Assembly (NCBI RefSeq): GCF_964355755.1
Contig: NC_092675.1
Span: 1,049,812-1,113,811, forward strand
Length of the DNA: 64,000 nucleotides
Direction of reading: 5' to 3'
Origin: Antedon mediterranea
Taxonomy: Eukaryota > Animalia > Echinodermata
Each line of letters starts with the position of its first letter. Within the stretch, counting starts at the first letter, position 1. The position numbers were made by a program, and so were the translations under genes. Below are positions 14,801-27,423 of this stretch, piece by piece. The notes beneath the pieces are model-generated. The model was given only the letters and a program-made list of their open reading frames with translations, was not told the DNA's origin and ran no database searches.

Positions 14801-17800
14801 AGATTTTAGGCTATACAAATAAATGGATTCATACTTGATTCAGTTTAATTTATTCAAATATCAAGTAATCAAAGTGCACAGACTTAAGCTCTATTTACAC
14901 TATCAGAAAAAGTGTTTTGCCCAAATATGGTAGTAATATGCCCAAAAATCATCATGTCCATACTGTACTGTATATGGGCACATCACATTTTTTTGTCACA
15001 TAAAGTTTGTACACAGAGCTTTATATTTTTTAATTGTTTAATTGTTTTACCAGTAGAATATAGATACATACGTATTGCAATATGGTTTCTTTGAGTAACC
15101 TTTGTAGGTCTTCAATGTCAGCTTTAAGTCACATGTTTCACATCGAAAACAGCCTTTATGCCAATACTGAAAAAAACAAACAGTTACATACTCTAATATT
15201 ATTATGTTTACTATAGGTGTTGAACAATGATAAGCGCCAGCCCGAATGATTTATCGGTTGTGATTGGTCAACTCGCTTATGTCGTGTTACGTCATTGTGT
15301 TGCATCTCTAGTGGAAACCAAGCATTACAATGAATTCCAATCATGCAATGTAAGTTCCTTCTTAAAACTATTTTCTTATAGCGCTGTATTACAAGACAGC
15401 AGTTTTTAAACTTTATAAATGCTCAGTGTAATTATGAAAATTACTAAAATTACAGTTAATATTCTACAACAAGCAGATTTTTGCAGAAAGGTACCAATTC
15501 TTTCCTGCTACTGTAGCTACCATATATTTTAAAACATACTTCTGGAAAATTTACTAAAATACAGTTAATACTACAACAAGCAGATTTTTGTCAAAATGTA
15601 CCAAATTCTTGCCTAATACTAGTTTTACAACGTAATACACTGACTTCTGGAAAAGGGATTATGAGAAGGATTAGAATAGCTATAGAGTACAAAACCTTTT
15701 GTACTATAAGGAGTCAAAGTCACCATTGTCATCAATGAAAAAACAAAGAAAAGAAAATCGGTCTGCTTTGTACTGTACATCCAGGGGATAACAACTCCCT
15801 GGTACATCTATGGCCAGTCATTTTTTTAATGACATTATACAGTATGTAAGGTAGTTGCACTGTAGGATTACTCCAGTGTTAGAAGGAAATGAACACATTA
15901 AGGCGTGGTCCGGTATTACATTTAGTCTGATCCCACACATACTATATACTGTAGTCATTCATACCTGTAACTGTACAGTATGTACCTGTATTGTACATAC
16001 TTAAGTTTAGACATTACTACAGGTATGCAAATAATGCAACAGATACAAAATAACTATGTTTAAACTGAGATTGTAATGTTATGTGTAAACATACTGTACT
16101 TCCACATACAGTGCTTGATTGTAAATTAGACACACTCAAACCTAAATTTCCTTATTTAAAGGTTCAAACTAAAAACATGCATTTGGAAAGCCAAGAATTA
16201 AATAGTGGATGTAATTTAAATACTGACAACATGAAACACTGATCATACAGTACGTATTCCTGTAGGTTATTATTTCATATACTTTTACAAAAAAGGTAGA
16301 GCTAATAACATTTTTCAATTGGTACAATCATAGAGATATTATAGTGAACTATATCTATGGTACAATGAATACAGAACTTTAATAAGTTTAAACAAACTTA
16401 AAGGCTTTTGCATTGAGTTTATTTACTTTTTCCGCTCCAATGCACACATTACTGACTCCATCCACAAATGGGCGTTTATTTGAATAAAAACAGTCACTGT
16501 TCATTTTGCATGCATGGCTAAGTTTTCCTTATTAGGAAATTAGGAGACACAAAAAGAGTTTTGATTAAATAGTCATTTATTTATATCTTATTACTAACTA
16601 TATTTTATTTGGTATTTTACTATAATTATAGTATGGAGAAGTAAGTTATTTCTCCATGATTATAGTAATCTGTGGTGGTAAATGACTGAATTATTAATCA
16701 GTTCATGGAGTAAAGATTCTTTACTCCATGATCAGTTGTATGACAAGTTTTGAGTAGTTTAAATCATGGAGTAAAGAATTCACAATTCAAGACCAAGAAT
16801 TTATCTTTTTGTTTGACAGGATTTGCCAATTTTTAACACACTGTTTATCAGTCCAGTTTTCTCTTCTACTCTATGATTTTTATTTATTCTTTACTGTAAC
16901 AATTTAAATTACAAGTGCATTCCTCATTAGTTGTGTTATTTGGTGCCAATTTTTCCTTACTGTATTCTTTCTAATGTTAACTAATATTATAAATAATAAT
17001 ATTATATAATTATCATTTAAATAAGAATTGTATACTGTATTCAATTTAGTTTAGCAGGCTATACAGTATTGTTTTATAGAACTCAGTCAGTATTCGCCCT
17101 ATTTTCAGATTCACGTGTTATGGCCCATTAGGTCTACAGTGAAATAAATGGCCTACTGTACAGTATTCAGTGACCCTGTGAAACTTTCTTTAAACGACAT
17201 CATTCCTTTTTAGACTACAGTCAGTACAGTAGTAATAGCTCAAGTCATATTTTGGTGGTTCTTCCTGAAATATGACAATTAATAACTTTCAGAATATTTG
17301 GTACAAGATCTACAGTATGAATTAGTGCAAGGATATCATTTTTCAAGAAAGGATTGTCTTATTAGAAAAGTGACTGTATTTCAGGAAGTTATTTCTATAG
17401 TGATTCATCAAGTTAACATTTCTTATTACTTATTAGTATAAAGCATTTCTCAGCATGTGCAAAAATAAAAAGGACCAAACGATGGAAGGCTTGTTAGTCA
17501 CTCTAACTTGGCCTAATCCATATTCATTAAAAAGTAGCACATCAATTCTAAAACTAAAGTGACTCGGACTATATTCGTTAATTATTGTTTTGATCTTCCA
17601 GCGATCTAAATAATATTAATTATTAATAAGTGTCTGATCCATGCTGCCCTGTTGTATGTAGAACACAGTGTTTTTTTAATCTTTACTCCATGTTTTAATT
17701 AATGAGGGGTATATTTACTCTCTTGTGTAATGATAGTAATCTATTCTACTAATCAATTCATACTACTGACTGTATTACACTATACAGCATTATTATAATC

Positions 17801-18971
17801 AATCTAGGCCTACTAGCAAAGAACTTATAACACAAGAATCTCCTGTTCGTCCGAAGCGCGTAACAATTTCGAAAGGCATTGTGGGATAGAATAGAGCTAT
17901 GGGTGGCGTCATTGTGAGCCATGGAGTAGGGCGCCCGCATCAAATTAGAAAGTCAAAATCATAGAGGGGATCTGGTATTACTCTAGGGGGGGGGGGGGGG
18001 GTAGAGTAATTGAATAAGGAGTAGGGCGCCCGCATCAAATTAGAAAATCAAAATCATAGAGGGGATCTGCTAATACTCTAGGGGGGTAGAGTAATTGACT
18101 TCCTAGTTTGGAGGGGGCGCTGCTCCATGCTGTGAAATGGCGTCGCCCAGTTTGACCTTTTAACCCTGTACTTCCGATACTGTGTTTTGAATGCAAATTG
18201 AAGAACAGGAGATTCTTGTGTTATAAGTTCTTTGCTACTAGGTACAGTAGTAGAGTAAACTTACTTAGGCCTAGTATAACTTATACTAATAATACTAAAA
18301 AGGCCTATATATTTTATAAGGCTGGGAATTATAGATTGGGCTAACTTAAAAAAAGTTATTCATAATTAATCATTTATATTTAGGCTACTAGGAAATTAAA
18401 TACACAGTACTAGTAGTTTTCCAATATCAATCCAGCCTATCAATCCCTCGAAAATGCGGGAGCTTTCACTTTTTATGTGTAAGTAAGCCGAGGTCAACAT
18501 CGCCGGGAATCAAAAGGTTTCACTTCCTGCACGCTCTACACTCTCTCTGCACTGCTAGAGCCAATTAATTGTAGGCCTAGGCCTAAGCATAGCTGCATAG
18601 ATAGGCTTAGACTTTCCGGACTTCTGTTCAAATATAACTTTAAAAAACTAATCTACTATATTACTATCCATCTTTAATTTCTTGTATTAAATTTATAAAA
18701 AATATGGAATATTGTTTTGTTCAAAAAATCATAAATTTTGATCTACAAATAAGAAAGAATTTGTGATTTAAGTGCACGTAATACAGTGATCAAATCTAAA
18801 CACAACAGAGGAGGCAAGGACACGACGCCCTGCTGCTGCCACGACATGCTGATACAGCGCCGCGTCCCAGCAGCAGCAGGAAGAAAAATAAAACACACCT
18901 ACCTTGTCCAAAACGGACATTTTTTCCATTGGATAAACTGTTTTACTACACTTAGCACATTGTGGATTCAT
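8826..18971 (-). CDS. LASP1: LIM and SH3 domain protein (LASP1-like): LIM, nebulin repeat, Pro-rich linker, SH3; 6 coding exons
   Basis: Phase-compatible exons: 18971-18903 ([23 protein letters not shown]), 15166-15072 ([31 protein letters not shown]), 13854-13770 ([28 protein letters not shown]), 13076-13028 ([16 protein letters not shown]), 9586-9342 (Pro-rich), 9002-8826 ([24 protein letters not shown]...DDGWMEGRV...[11 protein letters not shown]). Confidence 0.93.
9644..9709. mobile_element. 66-bp palindromic mini-element, Mutator-like
   Basis: GGGTGTCTAGAAAACTCAGAT...ATCTGAGTTTTCTAGACACCC inverted repeat. Flanks TTATTATAT / TTACCATAT match at 7 of 9 positions, consistent with a decayed 9-bp TSD. 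The termini resemble the nested GGGTGTTTCGAAAC element. Confidence 0.6.
9768..10411 (+). repeat. 65-bp minisatellite, ~10 nearly identical copies, LASP1 intron 4
   Basis: Unit GAG(A/G)GAATA(C/T)TAACTGAATTATTCTCAGTGTG(T/C)GAGTAGGTTGATATCAAATGTAGAATGAGACT with period 65 (CTGAATTATT at 9781, 9846, 9911...). Confidence 0.95.
10676..13011 (+). mobile_element. Non-autonomous Mutator-like (MULE) foldback element, copy 1 (2336 bp), nested/composite
   Basis: Perfect 9-bp TSD ATAAATGAC (10667-10675 / 13012-13020). Termini are inverted arrays of 15-16-bp GGACAACTACCCCCC subrepeats. The left end is duplicated (restarts at 11384). No transposase ORF. Confidence 0.9.
11626..12068. mobile_element. Inner 443-bp Mutator-like foldback element nested in the 2.3-kb element (mirror copy 20487-20929)
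   Basis: TIR GGGTGTTTCGAAACTAGAGA...TCTCTAGTTTCGAAACACCC, internal GGTCTCCCTTTTCGTAT subrepeats, and its own 9-bp TSD GTTTTTAAC (11617-11625 / 12069-12077). Confidence 0.88.
13360..13490 (+). repeat. 32-bp minisatellite x4, LASP1 intron 3
   Basis: CATCAAGGTCTAGATCATGGAACATTCCAAAA repeated four times. Confidence 0.92.
14886..15021. mobile_element. Short palindromic interspersed repeat family (AAGCTCTGTCTACACTATCAAA...TTTGATAGTGTAGACAGAGCTT), MITE-like
   Basis: Related copies or fragments at ~930-1035, ~2110-2170, ~50747-50845, ~53819-53842 and ~60510-60640 share the termini and the CCCAAATATGGTAGTGATATG / GGGCACATCAC core. Confidence 0.7.
15775..16737. mobile_element. Cluster of four 20-31-bp CA..TG hairpins, each with a perfect 7-bp TSD (P-element-type footprints)
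   Basis: 15782-15801 (TSD GTACATC), 16329-16359 (GTACAAT), 16632-16658 (ATTATAG; first base is T rather than C), 16704-16730 (ATCAGTT). Confidence 0.75.
17816..18235. mobile_element. MITE with perfect ~33-bp TIRs in LASP1 intron 1
   Basis: GCAAAGAACTTATAACACAAGAATCTCCTGTTC ... GAACAGGAGATTCTTGTGTTATAAGTTCTTTGC, flanked by TACTA on both sides (TSD could be TA or TACTA). Contains an internal ~95-bp tandem duplication. Confidence 0.85.
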
Positions 18972-19543
18972 TTTGAATAAGCCTAAAAGGTGGATATTTA
19001 AACGACAATAAACTTCTACAGTAGGTCTCCAAAAGTCCCAGACCTATAAAATGTACGTTGTTTGGTTTCCAATACTTCGCAAAAATTGTTGAAAGTGGGT
19101 TTGGTTTCCGCCTTCAGAGATTGGTCACGTCACACACTGTTATTGTGTACACGCTTCTGCACAACAAGGGAGTCGGAAGTCGCCAAAAATCGTGTAGTGA
19201 ATTTAACTAAAATTTGGGGGACATGCTCAATACTTTTTAGGCCATCTAAAAAACTAAAGTTATTCATTTATTGAACCAGGTCGTTTGTGACCTTACTGAG
19301 GGAAATAATTATACACATCAAAAGGCTTTGTTTTAAAAAAGGTTTTTTTTTTAATGGTCCTGAATTAATGAAAAATGGAAATACCGTAGATATTTTTTCA
19401 CGGTTCTACGATAGACCTATATAATAATTAATAATATCGTAAATATGCATCAAAATATGTAAATTCAAGGTTGTTGGTGATTATTCAACTTCAGATTTTT
19501 TTTATTTTCCGCGCTTTTTAAAACTACCGTATATAACAACAGC

Positions 19544-21851
19544 CGTATCCGGATATTCACCCCCTGGACATTTACCCCCCGGACAACTACCCCCCGGACA
19601 ACCACCACCTGGACCACTACCCCCTTAGGACAACTACCCCTTTAGGACAACTACCCCCCGGACAAATACCCCCCGGACAACTACCCCCTTAGGACAACAA
19701 CCCCCTTAGGACAACTACCCCCTGGACAACTACCCCCCGGACAATTACCCCCTAGGAACAATTACCCCCCGGACAATTACCACCCGGACAATTACCCCCC
19801 GGACAATTACCACCCAGAAAACTATCCCTTTAGAACACCCTAACCACCCAGACCATTCAACAACCTGACTCTGCAACAGTGTATAATAGGAATTAATAAC
19901 TATATTTTAATTCGTTACTTTGACGAATTACTATTCATTATTGTAAACAAAAGTAAAAGATTGAACATAAATATAGCCTGGTATAAACTGAAGATCGTCA
20001 CACATGATCATAGGATAGTCGAACGTATTATATAGTACTCCCTGTATTTACTGTAAAGACTGGGATCGCTAATAATAATAATAATTTTTGCGTCAGGACA
20101 ATGCTTCGATAACCACTGGTCTTAAAAGAATTAATATTTGTCTCAAATTTGTCATATATGTATTTTTGTACACTTGAAGAATAATATCACTTTTGATATT
20201 TGACCTCAATGTTCACTCACCGAATAAACGTCGATCTTTAAATAAATTCCCCTCAAATAAACGGTGACCATGTCACTCCCATGAAACATCATATGGAATA
20301 ATCGGCGTCTATTTCCATTAGATTATACCCCCTCCCATTGAATAAACAACTTTCTTCCAATAAATGTCCACCTAAAAACCACCTAAACAATAAACAGCCC
20401 AGGCCGTTTTTTCAATAAATACGGTACTTTAAATCTAGCACATCTAGGGTCTAGCGTGCTGTTAAACAGAATAATCGGTTAAAAACGGGTGTTTCGAAAC
20501 TAGAGACCCGAGACCAGAGACCAGAGACCCAATACGAAAAGGGAGACCTAAATATACGAAAAGGGAGACCCACGTACGAAAAGGGAGACCCCACTATACG
20601 AAAAGGGAGACCCCACTATACGAAAAGGGAGACCCTAATATACGAAAAGGGAGACCTAAATATACGAAAAGGGAGACCCAATTATACGAAAGGGAGACCC
20701 AAATATACAAAATGGGAGGCCCAAATATACGAAAAGGGAGACCCACTATAAGAAAAGGGAGACCCACTATAAGAAAAGGGAGACCCCACTATACGAAAAG
20801 AGAGACCACACTATACGAAAAGGGAGACCCTAATAATATACGAAAAGGGAGACCCAAATATAGGTCTCCATTTTCGTATTGGGTCTCGTTTCAGGTCTCT
20901 GGTCTCGGATCTCTAGTTTCGAAACACCCGTTAAAAACAATTTCATTTTTACAGAAACCGGTCCTATATATTTGTCTACTTTTGGATGGGGGGGGGGGGG
21001 TAGTTGACCGGGGGTAGTTGACCGGGGGGTAGTTGTCCGGGGGTTTGTTATCCTAAGGGGGTAGTTGTCCTAAGGGGGTAGTTGTCCGGGGGTAGTTGTC
21101 CTAAGGGGGTAGTTGTCCGGGTGGTAAACATCCGGGGGGTAACTGTCTAGGGGGTAGGTGTCCTAGAACCGAAAAGGGAGACCCCCTATACGAAAAGGGA
21201 GACCCCACTATACGAAAAGGGAGACCCTAATATACGAAAAGGGAGACCTAAATATACGAAAAGGGAGACCCAATTATACGAAAGGGAGACCCAAATATAC
21301 AAAATGGGAGACCCAAATATACGAAAAGGGAGACCCACTATAAGAAAAGGGAGACCCACTATAAGAAAAGGGAGACCCCACTATACGAAAAGAGAGACCA
21401 CACTATACGAAAAGGGAGACCCTAATAATATACGAAAAGGGAGACCCAAATATAGGTCTCCCTTTTCGTATTGGGTCTCGTTTCAGGTCTCTGGTCTCGG
21501 ATCTCTAGTTTCGAAACACCCGTTAAAAACAGATGATTTCATTTTTACAGAAACCGGTCCTATATATTTGTCTACTTTTGGATGGGGGGGGGGGGGGGGG
21601 TAGTTGACCGGGGGGTAGTTGACCGGGGGGTAGTTGACCGGGGGGTAGTTATCCTAAGGGGGTAGTTGTCCTAAGGGGGTGGTTGTCCGGGGGGTAGTTG
21701 TCCGGGGGGTTGTTATCCTAAGGGGGTAGTTGTCCTAAGGGGGTAGTTGTCCGGGGGGTAGTTGTCCGGGGGGTAGTTGTCCTAAGGGGGTAGTTGTCCG
21801 GGTGGTAAACATCCGGGGGGTAACTGTCTAGGGGGTAGGTGTCCTAGAACC
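19544..21851 (-). mobile_element. Non-autonomous Mutator-like foldback element, copy 2 (2308 bp), inverted relative to copy 1
   Basis: Near-identical reverse complement of 10676-13011, differing mainly in subrepeat number and G-run length. It has its own distinct 9-bp TSD AACAACAGC (19535-19543 / 21852-21860). Confidence 0.92.
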
Positions 21852-22956
21852 AACAACAGCATCTCATATAGGCCTACCTTTTTTCATTTTAACAGAAACT
21901 GACAGGTTGAACAATATGGTGAATTGATAAAAACATTTTATTTGTTTATTATATTGAATGCTTTTTGTAAAATTAAACAAAATATTTTAAGCTCTGCGTT
22001 TTTTTTCATTTTTTTTAAAATCCCATTTTTTTCTTTATATGCCTAATTTAAGTTTCGTTATTATAGTTTTCAATACTTCAAGTTTTTTACAACTAATTTG
22101 TTTACTTGACTGAATCTCGTTTGTGAGTTTCTCCGAATCAATTATATTTAAAATAGCCGTTTACTGTGAGGAAACGGTAGGCCTACGCTCTTAATCGATA
22201 CGGTTTCTTAGTTTTAATAAGAATTAACTAGAAATTCAAAACAGGAACATTTGCATAACAACAGTATTCTTGAATTGCACGTGTTTTACACATACCGTAA
22301 CAACAGTACGGAAAACAATTGCTATGTCGATATGTTCACAGAAAGATTAGAACTAGCCTATATAGTTTTTTTATTGAAGACGATCAAAGGATAAAGTTAT
22401 AGGACTATAACATAGATGTCTTTTCAAACGGTAAGATTTCGATATAGTATTCTGAATAAGTTCGTGTACACAGTAGGTTACTGTTAGTTTTGGAAAACTG
22501 TTTGCTTTAGGCCCGGCCCCCGTTTAGGCAGCGTTTTGTCATAACGCAAGGCGACCATGAATTACGGAGTGACACGGGATAACAACTTTATTGAAACGTT
22601 TTTATTAGTTATAGTTATTTCCAACACATTAGGCCTATACACTTTATTGCAAAAATTACCAATTGAATAGACCTACACGGTAGGCCTTTCCGATTTGTTT
22701 TTGTTTTTTTTTTAAACTTGAAATGAAGAAAACTGAAAGTACAGGCCTAGATGATCAAATTAAAACGTATTTTAATACACTTTCCTATGTACAATTAAAT
22801 AGGTCTTTCAATTAAGGCCAAATACAGTATTTATTAATGTGTAGTCAAGTTATGTTGTTTTCTTATTTACAGTATAGGCCTGTATATTCACTTAACAAAG
22901 ATTAAACGCAAGATTTCCCAAAACGACACAACACATTCAACATCAGAAGTTTTAAA

Positions 22957-25578
22957 ATGAAAGACATCAACGAAACAACTACAACCATCTTGGAAAATAC
23001 GTCGCTACCTCTTCCAATCGCCGTAACATCTATACTAGCTGGTGTCTTGTTGGTACCGTTTCTTATCCTCATTACTGCATACTACTGTAAAAGACGTAAT
23101 AAATTAACTAACATTTCTCCAGAGTATTTCATCTATCACAAACCGATGAAACTAACGAGTTCTGTCGCTTTCACAATTCCAAAAACATCATCTAAGAAAG
23201 AGGGTTCCAGTAGCAGTACGAAGAAACATATTAAAGTTTCATCGACTGTAAGAAGCACGAGCAGTGAAGACTCCTCAACTACTGCTGCTGATGAACCTTG
23301 CTTTCAGAGGACTTCAACACCATTAAGGAATAAAGATCAACCAAGTCCAGTCGATTATGGAATTGATCCTGCTGTCTATAAAATCAGCAGTGTACCAGAC
23401 GAAGATCAGTCGCAAATCCCCTCAAAGTATTGCCGGGGGAAATTGCAGTTTTCTATTTCTTACGCACCTATGGAGAGTCAACTTACATTTTTTCTTTTAC
23501 AGGTAAGATATGAGAATTGATATTCATTCAATCTTTTACTTCGAAATCTCTGCCCCATTAGAAAATGACATTGTGTATAAATATTAACAAAGGCGCAGGA
23601 TGGAAAGCATTTCAATAGATTAATGAAACAAACAAAGAATGTAAAAGACTGTTTAGAGGAAACCTTTGGAAAACTGGCTAATTTTAAATTATAATCGTTC
23701 TGTACTGTACTATACTATGTTCCATGTTTTCATTTATTCAGACAATTCAACTATCTCTCAATATCAGACTGCAGGAAACTCTTCTAAAAATATGTTTCTT
23801 TATAGGCTGTTACAAGTCCTTCCAATAATTAAATAAATGTAACTTTCCGACAAAAACAAAGAGAGTTAATTTTATATAATTAATTGAATCAATAATCACT
23901 CCAAAAACTAACTAGGAACAGACGAATTAGTTTCATACATGGCGTAACCTGTAACGGCATATTATTTATGCTTTTTTCTATAGATTATTATTATTCTTTA
24001 TTAATCTCATTATATTTCAGTTGTCTATTTTTTATTGTTTCAGGTAATTCAACTACCGGCAACAAACATGCGTGGAACAACCGACTCGTACGTTGAAGTA
24101 AAAATGATCCCAAATACGCACAGATTAACGTACAGGTCCCGTATGAAGCGTGATACGTTATCACCTCAGTTCCGGCAGTATTTCACGTTCACAGTTCCAA
24201 TATCAGTAGTACAGGCTATGGCAGTCCGCTTTGTTGTTTTTCAGTGCGATGACGACAACAGTCCATATCCTCTAGGTGAAATTATATATCCTCTTCGAAC
24301 CTTTGATCCAAATTCGAACGAAAGATTTGAACCAATTTGGATAGACATCCATCAAGACGATCTATTGGTAATGTTTTTGTATATTTGATTGTTTTTATAT
24401 GTATATATATAGCTGATCATCCATTTGTTTTGTTGTTTGGACATAGTACCTTCAAGTTTGTTTGTTTTTTTCTATCAAATGTATTTGCGCAATGTGGCAT
24501 AGGTAAAAACTACTGATAATCAAATTTCGTGCACACGTACTTGCACTCATTTTGCCTCAATCATCTATCGTCTATTCTATTACATTTTTTTTATCTCTTA
24601 TTAGCGTGACTATCGACAGGGAGAATTGTTCTTGTCATTAACGTACCTACCAAATGCAAGTCGACTGAACGTGGTTATTCTACGTGCCAAAAACTTGCAA
24701 CTTAATAATCACGAATTAAAATCATGTCAATGTAAGTTTTTTTTTCTTTTAAAGTGTAATATATTCTCAAAGATTGCATGAGACATATTTGTAGCTTTAT
24801 GCGTATTATAAATACACGTTTTTATCACTCGTCATGGTACTATATGATTACATTAGCTCTCTCTCTTCTCTCCCCTCCTCCTCTCTTCTCCCCTCCTCAG
24901 TCTCTCCCCTCCTCCTTTCTTCAAATAACTCTCACAAAATGCGGTTTGACATGATTAAAGTCTTCGATTCTCTCTAATCCAATTGATTATATCGCGTTAC
25001 TTTATTTAAAATGTCGGGCATATTCCCATTTTCTTCTAATTTTCCTTTATTATTTCTGCATTTGTTTTACAAGTTGAGGCTAAGATCTGACTACATTTCT
25101 GTTATTATACTGTGTATTTTTTTCGGCTCTCCAGAATCACGTCTTACAATTATCCTCTTTTCTACTTAAAGTTAGTCAATAAATATTCCATCTAACTTAG
25201 GCCTACTCGTTGTGTACCAATTTGTACCTTGTAGGTCATCAAACAACTCGGCGTTCATTCAACAAAGGCAAATGTGGTCTTTATGTCAAACTTTCCATGA
25301 TTAAATACAAGAAGTGTTACAAAAATCGACAAACTTCAGTGAAATCATGTCACCAGCACCCAGTGTTCAACCAGGCTTTTTCATTAGACTTAAAAGCGAG
25401 CGAATTGGAACATGCGTATATCGTAATTGCTGTATGCTACAGCCTACGTGCGCACGGCGTTGTAGGGAGAACTGTGATTGGGCCTTTTGTGTATTCAACT
25501 GGTGACGGTGCTGAGCATTGGAATGACATGCTGGAAGCACCAAGGAGCGCGGTACCACACTGGCACACATTGTTCTAA
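22957..25578 (+). CDS. Synaptotagmin-family protein (N-terminal TM, linker, C2A, C2B), probably Ca2+-independent
   Basis: Exons 22957-23502, 24044-24367, 24605-24731 and 25235-25578 are phase compatible. TM segment IAVTSILAGVLLVPFLILITAYYC; C2A GKLQFSISY...DSYVEVKM; C2B GELFLSLTYLPNASRLNVVILRAKNL...PVFNQAF...EHWNDMLEAPRSAVPHWHTL. Most acidic Ca2+ ligands are absent. Confidence 0.85.
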
Positions 25579-25628
25579 TATTACATTTTGTGTATACCAC
25601 TCATGGAGGTAATACATGTAGGCCTACC

Positions 25629-25920
25629 ACTGGTGACGGTGCTGCTGAGCATTGGAATAACATTATGGAAGGAAGCACCAAGGAGCGCGGTACCACACTG
25701 GTGACGGTGCTGCTGAGCATTGGAATAACATTATGGAAGGAAGCACCAAGGAGCGCGGTACCACACTGGTGACGGTGCTGCTGAGCATTGGAATAACATT
25801 ATGGAAGGAAGCACCAAGGAGCGCGGTACCACACTGGTGACGGTGCTGCTGAGCATTGGAATAACATTATGGAAGGAAGCACCAAGGAGCGCGGTACCAC
25901 ACTGGCACACATTCTTCTAA
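25629..25920 (+). repeat. 68-bp tandem repeat (x4 plus terminal piece) derived from the last coding segment of the synaptotagmin gene
   Basis: Unit ACTGGTGACGGTGCTGCTGAGCATTGGAATAACATTATGGAAGGAAGCACCAAGGAGCGCGGTACCAC at 25629, 25697, 25765 and 25833 is a variant of CDS 25498-25558. The array ends in ACTGGCACACATTCTTCTAA, mirroring the CDS end. Confidence 0.9.
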
Positions 25921-26482
25921 ATTGCTGGTGTCCTGTGAGTGAATGAATTTAAAGGACCTTATTAACGAGAGAAATCGCCTGTTTTCTAGTAAAATAAATG
26001 TATTCAGAACTTGTTTTTCACTTTTCGATTTTCTTTTTTGCAATCAATGCCACTAGTCGTTAAAAAATAAACGAGAAGTTTTCGTTTCAGATATTATATT
26101 AATTATTAGTAATAATAATCACTCGACTACTAGATACTAAGTACAAACACAGATAATCTGTTTAAAACAGGAAAATAAAACACTTACATTTATACTACTG
26201 TATATCAACACATTGCATGGAGGAAATATTAGTAAAAAATAGATTTTAAAAAAACCCAGACAAAGTTACTTTTGATATTATTAGTTAACCCAATCTCACA
26301 ACTAGGTATATTATGTAAAATAGCAGTGTTTCCTCAAATAATGATGCAGTTAAAGCTGAGAGATGTAAAATAACATTATTTATTTCATCTCCCTGGTTAG
26401 TCCTTTTTAAACCCCTAGGCGGATACGCAATAAAACGTGGAGGAATCTCTAGTTGAATTAAATATTGAATGTAGTATACAAT

Positions 26483-26671
26483 CAAGGCAATCTGACAAGA
26501 GGACACTGAGCTCCTCTTGCCAAGATAGGAACTCATAACAGTCCTTTGATCTTATGTCTGGCTGCGACAAACACCAACAGTGCATAATCTCCGCGGCACG
26601 AACTGATTATGTTGCAGCCACAGATAAACCATTTGAACTCCGGAGCTCAGCATCAGCGTTAGATTGCCTTG
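26483..26671. mobile_element. Foldback MITE, CA..TG termini, P-superfamily-like (copy A)
   Basis: CAAGGCAATCT..CTGAGCTC..TGTCTGGCTGC / GCAGCCACAGATA..GAGCTCAG..AGATTGCCTTG; flanks ATACAAT / ATATAAT (6 of 7). Homologous to 28313-28522. Confidence 0.7.
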
Positions 26672-27221
26672 ATATAATGTTCACTCATAATAATGCCTAC
26701 ATATCTTTTAAGAGGTACAGTCTCGAGTATTGCACGTAATAGGATTAATGTAATTGTAAATTAAGTTAGTATGAATTGATATTGTTATTAACAATACTGA
26801 AAACCAAATTTAAGTATAAGTTTCAGTTTCTAAGCATAATTCATAATATGATGGGAAAGTGTTCCGAATACTTTTGCTATAAAAATATATAAACATGCCG
26901 AACAAACAAAAGAATCGACAGTAATAAGCTGATATTGTTTACACAAGATATACTATAATAAGCTAATAATATTTACTTTTTTTGGAAATTTACCAAAAAG
27001 AAAATCAACCTCAACTCAGATTAACCAATGAAAAGAGACATGATTATGTACACATTTTAACATTAATGGTACGGTTTCTGTATGCATGCATGATTTACTG
27101 AATGTCTACATGAAGTAGCCTGCACAAATGATTGAATACCTGGAAACGATTGTAACCAAAACCTTTGTAGGCCTACATGTCATTACATTGCCAATGTATG
27201 AGGCACATATTGCAATGAGCT

Positions 27222-27423
27222 TAAGGCTCCCTCGGCTAACTAAGACAGCGTTTTACGACGAGTCATCTCGTCGAGAGAAAATTAAACCTGTTTGAAGTTC
27301 TCCCGACGACCTAAAAACTACGCCCGACGCTATTTCAAGACGATCGGTCTTGTCGGGATTCAACTCGGATAGCAAAACGTTTTGTAAGGCCTTGTCGTAC
27401 GCCGCTGTCTGAGTTGGCCTTTA
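27222..27423. mobile_element. Degenerate MITE
   Basis: Left TAAGGC..AACTAAGACAGCGTTTTACGACGAG versus right CTTGTCGTACGCCGCTGTCTGAGTTGGCCTTTA form an imperfect inverted pair. Confidence 0.5.

Noticed and set aside
13012-19543. Inversion of the segment between the inverted 2.3-kb repeats, or disruption of a LASP1 exon
   Set aside because: All LASP1 exons are colinear on the minus strand, each element has matching TSDs on both sides, and copy 1 lies in intron sequence after a GTAAG donor.
10954-21603. Four ~100-aa 'IRKGRP' repeat ORFs and the 'GQLPP' ORF
   Set aside because: They are translations of MULE subterminal repeats, with no domain signature.
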